Below are positions 1 through 6,232 of a stretch of DNA of 38,134 bases, one piece after another (within the stretch, counting starts at the first letter, position 1; each line of letters begins with the position of its first letter). The DNA comes from a virus. The stretch is taken from the IMG/VR virus record IMGVR_UViG_3300025288_000050, positions 1 to 38,134 of that record, one strand, 5' to 3'. Made by a program: the position numbers and the translations under genes. The notes below the pieces were generated by a model. The model was given only the letters and a program-made list of their open reading frames with translations. It made no database searches and was not told where the DNA came from.

Positions 1-127
1 TGGTTTTTCCGCACTGTTACCTATCACTGTGTGGGTAAAGTAGTTAAACGCTTTGGACAATTCTTCCAACTGGAAGATGCTTCTTGGGTAGCGGACAGTG
101 GACGCTTTATGCAAGCCATTAAAGATG
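1..127. repeat. Terminal direct repeat identical to 38008-38134 (circular-assembly overlap)
   Basis: tggtttttccgcactgttacc...gccattaaagatg is present at both extremities, 127/127 identical by eye. Implies a unique length of 38,007 bp. Confidence 0.95.
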
Positions 128-231
128 GAGAACTAAATGAAGTTGAACCAGTCGGCGATATGCTATTGAACATTGAAACTATTGTGGACGCATTTCCTTG
201 GAAACATAAACTACCAAAAAACCAAAGTTAG
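1..231 (+). CDS. Hypothetical protein, 3' part of the junction-spanning gene (114 aa in total)
   Basis: Frame 1 is open from base 1 to TAG 229-231. Bases 1-127 duplicate 38008-38134 in phase with ATG 37894. Confidence 0.6.
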   Translation, partial: WFFRTVTYHCVGKVVKRFGQFFQLEDASWVADSGRFMQAIKDGELNEVEPVGDMLLNIETIVDAFPWKHKLPKNQS

Positions 232-234
232 ATT

Positions 235-510
235 ATGAATATAGTTATCCTAGAAATCGGGTCTAGGTCTAGGTCTAGGTCTTGGTCTAAGTCTAAGTCT
301 TGGTCTGGGTCTTGGTCTGGGTCTAGGTCTAGATCTAGGTCTGGGTCTTGGTCTAAGTCTAAGTCTGGGTCTTGGTCTAGGTCTAGGTCTAGGTCTAGGT
401 CTGGGATTTGGTCTTGGTCTAGGTCTGGGTATTGGTCTAGGTCTGGGTCTTGGTCTGGGTCTTGGTCTAGGTCTGGGTCTAGGTCTGGGTCTAGATCTGG
501 GTCTACATAA
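235..510 (+). CDS. Questionable ORF encoding an (X-Ser)41 dipeptide repeat (X = R/W/K/G)
   Basis: ATG 235 lies 3 nt after the upstream stop and there is no SD. The ORF consists almost entirely of the microsatellite. Four of six frames are open across the array, so openness alone is weak evidence. Confidence 0.25.
   Translation: MNIVILEIGSRSRSRSWSKSKSWSGSWSGSRSRSRSGSWSKSKSGSWSRSRSRSRSGIWSWSRSGYWSRSGSWSGSWSRSGSRSGSRSGST
259..504. repeat. Hexanucleotide microsatellite (NGGTCT) x41
   Basis: 41 head-to-tail 6-bp units. The GGTCT core is nearly invariant (exceptions are aagtct, agatct, gggatt, gggtat) and N is a, t or g, never c. A ~60-bp higher-order pattern is visible (R R R W K K W G W G, then R R R G W K K G W, in the ATG frame). 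Confidence 0.95.
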
Positions 511-950
511 TTAACTCAATTCCCCAACCATTGCAGCACCGCAAGGATTGGGCTGGCACGAGCTTCCACAGGCAGACTGCCATAAGACGGTGGAGATAGC
601 GTCTAACTATCCCAGTGGCCAGGGGGCAGAAGACAGGTCGGTGCAGACCTTGCCCCCTGTGGGATTAACCCCTTCACACGGGCTTGGGTGGAAAATTTAT
701 CAGCCAGAGCTGGTATGAATTCTCCTCCACCTAAGTCCATGTGAGGTGGTTAGTCGCTTGCTTCCAGTGATTGTCTGGCAGAGCCGGATTTTGGAAAGGT
801 TTGTTATGGTGGGTTTTATACCTGTCCGTTGTGAAGAACCCGACCGCTGGAAATAGGCAAGTTAACCCTTCTCCCACCCTCTCGGATGTAAAGAGACGGT
901 CAAGCTCTTTATCGACGCACCACATCCGAGGTGGTAGGAGGGAGGTTAAG
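511..950 (+). ncRNA. Candidate structured RNA / long structured 5' leader of the mini-protein operon
   Basis: About 440 nt, visibly GC-rich, with no ORF that has an SD. Stable hairpins: 619-661 (8-bp GGGGGCA/TGCCCCC helix plus inner AGGTC/GACCT), 727-749 (CCACCT/AGGTGG) and 764-778 (CCAG/CTGG). A long-range 12-13-bp helix pairs 720-732 with 929-942, abutting the SD at 941-945. Confidence 0.35.
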
Positions 951-1169
951 ATGTCAATCGAACGCTCTTTTTTCTACAAAGACGGGAAGCGCGAGTTCTG
1001 TGTCATTAAGTACACGGACAGCCAAGATGGGAGTGTCACAATCGAAAGGAAGAAGTGTGGCGACGGGTGTACGGAGTTAACCCTTTGCTCGCTCTTGCCA
1101 AGGGACATCAAATTCCAACGCTCGGGGGAAAACTATGCCGCTCATTATCAAGCTCCTAAAGTGCTCTAA
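951..1169 (+). CDS. Mini-protein 1 (72 aa, 4 Cys)
   Basis: GGAGG at 941-945 is 5 nt upstream of ATG 951. Sequence: MSIERSFFYKDGKREFCVIKY...KKCGDGCTELTLC. Confidence 0.65.
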   Translation: MSIERSFFYKDGKREFCVIKYTDSQDGSVTIERKKCGDGCTELTLCSLLPRDIKFQRSGENYAAHYQAPKVL

Positions 1170-1365
1170 GTGCTCGGGTCTGGCTGGCTGTATCACTGAA
1201 GATGCCGGTATCTATTCCGTGCTTCGCTACTGCGAGCGCTGCGACAAGAAGGACACCTGCTATCTGCCAGAAGATTTTTTTAACATCTGCTCCCAAAAAT
1301 GCTATAATGATAGCAAGAAGGGAGGAGAGGATGTCACCAAGGAGAAAAAGACTGCCTCGACATGA
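1135..1365 (+). CDS. Mini-protein 2, Cys-rich zinc-ribbon-like (76 aa)
   Basis: GGGGGAA lies upstream of ATG 1135. Motifs CSKC...CERC plus further Cys. Overlaps mini-protein 1 by 35 nt. Confidence 0.6.
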   Translation: MPLIIKLLKCSKCSGLAGCITEDAGIYSVLRYCERCDKKDTCYLPEDFFNICSQKCYNDSKKGGEDVTKEKKTAST

Positions 1366-1567
1366 TGAAGGGTATCTCAGGCGTTGCAAAAAGTGTGGCA
1401 ACACTTCACTCGGCTGTATCTTGTTTCTGATGCGCAAGCTCCAGTATCGGGGCTTCTGCGACATCTGCGACTACATCTTCGACCCGAACTGTCCCAAGGT
1501 CTCGGGTCATCAAGGAGTAGTTTCATCGACTTGCCAAACTTGTCGAGAAAAGGAGACAGCCCGATGA
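1331..1567 (+). CDS. Mini-protein 3, Cys-rich zinc-ribbon-like (78 aa)
   Basis: GGAGGAGAGG lies immediately upstream of ATG 1331. Motifs CKKC...CDIC...CQTC. Confidence 0.65.
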   Translation: MSPRRKRLPRHDEGYLRRCKKCGNTSLGCILFLMRKLQYRGFCDICDYIFDPNCPKVSGHQGVVSSTCQTCREKETAR

Positions 1568-1755
1568 GGAAAACCCACTGTGAAAAATGTCAGCGTCAGA
1601 CACTTCACACTGAAGGGGTGGCACAGCGCGATGGCGGCAAGCTCTTTAAGCCATTGACCTGCATTGTCTGCGGCAAACAGCACTTCGTCGAGAAGGAAGA
1701 CCCCTTGAAGGCGGAGTACCAGCGGTTGATAAGGCGGAAGGAGGTAAAACAATGA
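1564..1755 (+). CDS. Mini-protein 4, CxxC-x25-CxxC zinc ribbon (63 aa)
   Basis: AAGGAG is 8 nt upstream. ATGA start/stop overlap with mini-protein 3. Motifs CEKC...CIVC. Confidence 0.7.
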   Translation: MRKTHCEKCQRQTLHTEGVAQRDGGKLFKPLTCIVCGKQHFVEKEDPLKAEYQRLIRRKEVKQ

Positions 1756-1835
1756 TGGGTTCAGCCATCGTCATTTTCTTCTTCACCTTACTCGCTATTG
1801 CCATCATTACCGGAGGTTTTAGGGGGAAGCGATGA
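1752..1835 (+). CDS. Mini-protein 5, single-pass membrane peptide (27 aa)
   Basis: GAAGGAGG is 7 nt upstream of ATG 1752. Sequence MMGSAIVIFFFTLLAIAIITGGFRGKR. The start overlaps the stop of mini-protein 4 and the stop overlaps the start of mini-protein 6. Confidence 0.5.
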   Translation: MMGSAIVIFFFTLLAIAIITGGFRGKR

Positions 1836-2029
1836 AGATAGGAAAGTGTCCTTTCAATTGCTTTCATTCTTGGTGGTGCAAGCCGAAAGAGGAGAAAGTC
1901 TGCAAGGACTTTATCGGGACTTGTCCCAAAGCTCACGGCAAGATGAAAAAGTTGAAAAGACAGGGCAGTTGGCGTATCTTCAAGTGCCGTGTCTGTGGCT
2001 ATCAGATGGCGGTACAGGAGGAACAATGA
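1832..2029 (+). CDS. Mini-protein 6, CCCH-type zinc-finger-like (65 aa)
   Basis: AGGGGGA SD and ATGA coupling. WWCKPKEEKVCKDFIGTCPKAH gives C-x7-C-x6-C-x3-H spacing. Also CPFNC and CRVC pairs. Confidence 0.65.
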   Translation: MKIGKCPFNCFHSWWCKPKEEKVCKDFIGTCPKAHGKMKKLKRQGSWRIFKCRVCGYQMAVQEEQ

Positions 2030-2247
2030 AATCCCTGAATACCCTAGTGGTGTGTAACTGGTTTGTTCATCTTCACCCCTCACCGGCTCCTTTACTCATT
2101 GGTTGCAAATCAAGCAAAGAGGTGCGCTCATGCCGTGGTTGCCTTGGCGATCCAAAAAGGTGCCTGCAAGAAAACTCACGGTGGAGTCATACCCTTTGTC
2201 CGAAATGCAACGCCCATTTCGAGACGCTTCACATGGACGAAATGTAG
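2026..2247 (+). CDS. Mini-protein 7, Cys/His-rich (73 aa)
   Basis: AGGAGG is 4 nt upstream of ATG 2026. ATGA overlap with mini-protein 6. Motifs CRGC...CPKCNAH. Confidence 0.6.
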   Translation: MKSLNTLVVCNWFVHLHPSPAPLLIGCKSSKEVRSCRGCLGDPKRCLQENSRWSHTLCPKCNAHFETLHMDEM

Positions 2248-2285
2248 AGGCTTGGGACTGGCCTAGAAACAGTCCCAATTATTTT

Positions 2286-2426
2286 ATGAAATGCAAAAGG
2301 TGTCAGGGGAAATTAAAAGAATGTGATAAACTACTTACCGATAGGGTTCATTGTTTAAGATGTTATTTAATTCTTCAACAACTATGCCGGTTATTATCGG
2401 AAACGGAGACGTCGGAAAAGCGTTAA
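2286..2426 (+). CDS. Possible mini-protein 8, CxxC...CxxC (46 aa)
   Basis: MKCKRCQGKLKEC...HCLRCY. No SD, and it overlaps the start of the next gene by about 43 nt. Confidence 0.3.
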   Translation: MKCKRCQGKLKECDKLLTDRVHCLRCYLILQQLCRLLSETETSEKR

Positions 2427-3133
2427 ACAAAGTTCTGAGCAATAAATTTTCAACTGTAGTCTTTGATCGTGAAGACGATTTACTTCCATTGGAAGGTGAA
2501 TCTCTTCATATTTGTTTTCCGTACTCCCAATCTTTTGTTAAGGAAGTTAAACGCTATATCAAATTCTTTAAGCCATCGTTCGTCGTTATTCACTCGACAG
2601 TTCCTTGTGGAACATGTAACAAAATAGATGAATTTGTTGTCCATTCTCCGATTCGGGGAAGACACCAGGAGCTAGAGAAATCATTGAAAACTTTTGTCAA
2701 ATATGTTGCCTCTCATTCCAAAGTTGCCAGGAATCTTGCGCGAAAAGAACTGGAACAAGTAGGATTGAAAGTTAAAACTTTCGATGATCCAAGGATAACT
2801 GAACTGGCAAAGATTTTATCCACAACTTATTATGGGTTGTGTATTATTTTTGCCAAGGAGGTTGAAAAGTTGTGTCAAAAATATAATTTGTCTTTCGATA
2901 AAGTTTATTCTGAATGGAATAAAACTTACAATGAAGGATATTCAAAGATGAATCTGTTTCAATTTGTCAGACCTATTCTTAAAGCAACCGCGGGAGAAAT
3001 CGGCGGCCATTGTGTTATCCCGAATGCCCGGATTTTAAGGGATGAATTTGTTCTTGCCAAACAATTATTGAAATTAAATGACAGTTATGGATTACATCTA
3101 TCCCCATTTGGTTGTAAGGAACGCGAGGACTGA
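2384..3133 (+). CDS. UDP-glucose/GDP-mannose dehydrogenase-family protein, short form
   Basis: N-terminal Rossmann motif PVIIGNGDVG. Central helix ELAKILSTTYYGLCIIFAKEVEKLC and catalytic-Cys-like GGHCVIPN match the family pattern. It ends about 30 aa after that Cys, so the C-terminal sugar-nucleotide domain seems absent. The start could be 2351 or 2360. Confidence 0.55.
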   Translation: MPVIIGNGDVGKALNKVLSNKFSTVVFDREDDLLPLEGESLHICFPYSQSFVKEVKRYIKFFKPSFVVIHSTVPCGTCNKIDEFVVHSPIRGRHQELEKSLKTFVKYVASHSKVARNLARKELEQVGLKVKTFDDPRITELAKILSTTYYGLCIIFAKEVEKLCQKYNLSFDKVYSEWNKTYNEGYSKMNLFQFVRPILKATAGEIGGHCVIPNARILRDEFVLAKQLLKLNDSYGLHLSPFGCKERED

Positions 3134-3281
3134 ATGGATTGAGGAGATGATTGAGCCTTTTATTGATGGCCAACGGGGGATTTTAAATTTCGGCACAAGC
3201 AAATGGTTTAAAGGTTTGGATAATAACAAAATTAATTTCCCCGGCCACCCTGGAGTTGAGGTTGTATATTATGAAAACTGA
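3078..3281 (+). CDS. Hypothetical small protein
   Basis: ORF only. It fills the gap between two confident genes, the start is uncertain and no domain was recognised. Confidence 0.3.
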   Translation: MTVMDYIYPHLVVRNARTEWIEEMIEPFIDGQRGILNFGTSKWFKGLDNNKINFPGHPGVEVVYYEN

Positions 3282-3936
3282 AATTATTGTTGTCACTTAT
3301 AAACAACCTGAGTATGAGGCACGGTGTTTAAAGAGTGTTATTGAATGCACTAAAGATTTTCAACTTACATTATGGGACAATCGAGTAGACAATATCCCAT
3401 TATCTAAACTTTGGAATAAACTGACAGAGGAATCTAACAAAGAATATATTTGTTTGTTGAATTCTGACACTGTAGTCACCCCCAATTGGCTGGAAAAACT
3501 TGAATCGACTCTAGACAATAATCCTGAATGTGGGGCTGTAATGCCTTGTTCAAATGTTGTTGGAGTGACGGAAGCCAGAATAGAAATACCTTATAATCGA
3601 TATACAAAAGACACCCAAGAAGTCTATGATTTCAAGTTTAATCCACTCGGGGAAATAACCGCCGGATGCCTTTCCGGTTTTTGTCTATTATACCGAAAGA
3701 AGGTTTGGGAGGAAGTAGGCAAATTTGACGAGGACTTTATTTTCTACGGTGAGGATTCAGAATTTACTAGACGGATAGCAAAAAGTAATTGGCACTTAAG
3801 AATTAATAAGAATGTTTTTGTCCACCATTACGGGGGAGTTTCGGCAGAAGCAGCCAACGATGATTGCCACGACAAATTTAACCGGCAGGAAATGGTAAAA
3901 TTCTCCCGAGAATTATATAAGAAAAAAATCCTATGA
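3271..3936 (+). CDS. Family 2 glycosyltransferase (GT-A fold)
   Basis: IIVVTYKQPE start, LLNSDTVV (DxD-type) and FYGEDSEFTRR motifs. ATG 3271 preferred over TTG 3256. Confidence 0.8.
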   Translation: MKTEIIVVTYKQPEYEARCLKSVIECTKDFQLTLWDNRVDNIPLSKLWNKLTEESNKEYICLLNSDTVVTPNWLEKLESTLDNNPECGAVMPCSNVVGVTEARIEIPYNRYTKDTQEVYDFKFNPLGEITAGCLSGFCLLYRKKVWEEVGKFDEDFIFYGEDSEFTRRIAKSNWHLRINKNVFVHHYGGVSAEAANDDCHDKFNRQEMVKFSRELYKKKIL

Positions 3937-4460
3937 AATTAAACTTAGGTTGCGGTGGCGACCATAAGGCGGGGTATATAAATGTAGATATTGACCCGAC
4001 TAGCCAACCGGATTTAGTAGCCGATGTTTTAAACCTACCCTACCAAGAGGGAGGTGTTGATGAGATAGTGGCCGAGCACCTTCTGGAGCATTTAACGAGG
4101 GAAGAAGGATTAAAGGCTCTAGCTCATTGGTCTAGTTTGCTTAAGCCCGGAGGGATTATCGAGATTGAAACTCCAGATATTAAACGGACTTGCTACGAGT
4201 TTTCACAATTGACAAATGAAGAGATAAAAAAATTGCATGTCAATTTTAATTCCCCGGCCTATGAAATTGTCGGGCGTGTCCTAAACATTTACGGAAACCA
4301 ACGAGATCCATGGCAGTTCCATAAATGGGGTTATTGGTTAGAGTACTGGGAGGCGATAGTTTCCAATTTAAACCTTACTATAATCGACCATTCTTCCGGA
4401 AAGACTTATCATGAAAAAGAAGAACCATGCTTATGGATAAGACTCCAAAAATTGCCTTAA
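3933..4460 (+). CDS. Class I SAM-dependent methyltransferase
   Basis: MKLNLGCGG motif I near the N-terminus, followed by VDEIVAEHLLEHL. ATGA-type overlap with the upstream GT. Confidence 0.8.
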   Translation: MKLNLGCGGDHKAGYINVDIDPTSQPDLVADVLNLPYQEGGVDEIVAEHLLEHLTREEGLKALAHWSSLLKPGGIIEIETPDIKRTCYEFSQLTNEEIKKLHVNFNSPAYEIVGRVLNIYGNQRDPWQFHKWGYWLEYWEAIVSNLNLTIIDHSSGKTYHEKEEPCLWIRLQKLP

Positions 4461-5392
4461 TTGGAGGTTATAAATTTGCGGCCTTTGCCCACTCTTGGAA
4501 GGGACAGATGCAAGCGTTAAAAAAAATGGACATCCCTCACATCATCCTCGATTCCCGCGATGATTCTTTAGAGCATATTGTCGGTGAGTGTACAGCGTTT
4601 CAGCCGGACATTATTTTGCACGGCCTATCCGATTCGTTCAACACTGATATGATTGACCAATTAAGGGCGAATTGCCCCAAAGCCAAACAGATCTGGTGGT
4701 ATTGTGATTATGCGGCAATAGGGACTGGTGATTTGGAAAATTGTAATGTCGCCAAGAAAAAGCAAACGGGGAATCTTGATTTCATGCTTCTTACCAATTC
4801 GGAACAGATACCCTACTACGAAGAAACCCTAGGCATTCCTTGCTATTTTTTACCTCAAGCGGGATTGCTAATGGACGAGTTACCACCGATTGATGAGAGG
4901 TATTCAAACATTGATGTTTTGTTTGTCGGTAACCTTGAGAAAAATCCAATTCATTCTAAACGCACTCAATTTCTAAATACGATTAAAGATGCTTGCCAAG
5001 CGGGGGGACTGAACTTTCAGGTGTTTCCCCAAGGGATGAATTTAAAGGATTGTTATGACACCCAACATTTAATTTATCGTAATGCTAAGGTAGCTTTGAA
5101 TCTATCCCACCTAAATGATAAAAAGAATTACTCCTCCGCTCGTCTATGGTACGGGGCCTGTGTTGGTGGACTCATGCTTTCAGCAAATTATCCGGGCATC
5201 AGAGACCAATTCCCTATGGTCCCAACATTTAATTGGCCAGATGTCTTGGAATGTTTGGAGAAAATAAGATATTTAATTGAACATCAAGAGGAGATGGAGA
5301 AACTTCGATCTGAGATTTTCACTCACGCTCAAAAATATCACACCTATTTAAATAGGTTTAAAAGCATCTTTGCTTTATGCCGTGGTCAGTAA
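4427..5392 (+). CDS. CgeB-like glycosyltransferase (GT-B, Glyco_trans_1_2/DUF3880-like)
   Basis: DVLFVGN...KRTQFLN...AKVALNLSH...SARLWYGACVGG...YHTYLNRF follows the CgeB-family pattern as I remember it. Confidence 0.65.
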   Translation: MLMDKTPKIALIGGYKFAAFAHSWKGQMQALKKMDIPHIILDSRDDSLEHIVGECTAFQPDIILHGLSDSFNTDMIDQLRANCPKAKQIWWYCDYAAIGTGDLENCNVAKKKQTGNLDFMLLTNSEQIPYYEETLGIPCYFLPQAGLLMDELPPIDERYSNIDVLFVGNLEKNPIHSKRTQFLNTIKDACQAGGLNFQVFPQGMNLKDCYDTQHLIYRNAKVALNLSHLNDKKNYSSARLWYGACVGGLMLSANYPGIRDQFPMVPTFNWPDVLECLEKIRYLIEHQEEMEKLRSEIFTHAQKYHTYLNRFKSIFALCRGQ

Positions 5393-6030
5393 TAATACCG
5401 GTTTGCCTGATTAACGATGAATTGACTGCGATGTTCATTGAATGTTTGGAATCGTTAAACAGGCGAAAGAATAAATTCGAATTGATCGTCGTCGAGAACG
5501 GTTCGGACTTGGTTGAAGCCGATCGGAGAACCAAGGTCATAAAATTCCCTAAACCAATAGGTTACGCTCGCGCCGTGAATGCCGGCCTGAAAAAAGCAAT
5601 GGGAGATAGAATTCTGATAATCAACTCTGATGCTACTTTAGTCACACCGAATTGGCAGGGAGAGCTTGACAAAGTTTTCGATATGTGCTTTAATACGGGG
5701 CTGGTAATTCCCGATTTAAAGAACGCTGGGGAGACTGCATTTACCAGTCAATTAGTGGGACCGTGCTGGGCGGTAAGTAAGAGCATGGTGAATGTCCTCG
5801 GTTTTTTACCTGAAGTCTATGCTGAGGGTTATTATGAAGATACGGAATATTACTTGAGAGCCAAGCAGGATGGCTGGTTAATTAAATCTTGCCGCGATGT
5901 ACGAGTATTGCATAAGGGACAATCAACTTTCAAAGCCCTTTATAACAGTGAAAAAATCCGTTCCCTCTCGGAAAAAAACCACGGGTTATATTTAGAACGA
6001 AATAATTCACAGTTTCCAGAGTTCACTTGA
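5377..6030 (+). CDS. Family 2 glycosyltransferase (GT-A fold)
   Basis: SVIIPV, ELIVVENGSD, GYARAVNAG, LIINSDA and YYEDTEY motifs. Confidence 0.8.
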   Translation: MPWSVIIPVCLINDELTAMFIECLESLNRRKNKFELIVVENGSDLVEADRRTKVIKFPKPIGYARAVNAGLKKAMGDRILIINSDATLVTPNWQGELDKVFDMCFNTGLVIPDLKNAGETAFTSQLVGPCWAVSKSMVNVLGFLPEVYAEGYYEDTEYYLRAKQDGWLIKSCRDVRVLHKGQSTFKALYNSEKIRSLSEKNHGLYLERNNSQFPEFT

Positions 6031-6031
6031 T

Positions 6032-6232
6032 ATGATTAAACGCTATAAAAATGGAACCTACGAGGCGATTGAATCGCCCGGTGAATCGCAAGAAAACTTT
6101 GCGAAGGACCTTTTTATTACCGGACTTCTGGAAACTAACGAACAAAAAAAATCCGGTAACTTAATTTACTTCTGTATAGTCGCCGGATTCGTGGTAATTT
6201 TTCTTGCTGATTTACTTTCTCGCTTCGTATAA
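6032..6232 (+). CDS. Small C-tail-anchored membrane protein
   Basis: 66 aa with a hydrophobic C-terminus (LIYFCIVAGFVVIFLADLL). Last gene of the plus-strand block; overlaps the convergent gene by 21 bp. Confidence 0.45.
   Translation: MIKRYKNGTYEAIESPGESQENFAKDLFITGLLETNEQKKSGNLIYFCIVAGFVVIFLADLLSRFV

Noticed and set aside
731-950. ORF 731-925 (minus strand) and the TTG-initiated upstream extension (771-950) of mini-protein 1
   Set aside because: There is no SD and the starts are non-ATG or weak. Both cut through strong RNA helices. The strong GGAGG + ATG at 951 defines the real start.
2384-6030. The idea that the glycosyltransferases hypermodify phage DNA (T4-like base glucosylation)
   Set aside because: No dNMP hydroxymethylase, dNTP-modifying enzyme, kinase or T4 alpha/beta-GT-like enzyme was recognised. 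The GT2, CgeB-like and TPR-linked enzymes point to polysaccharide or protein acceptors instead.
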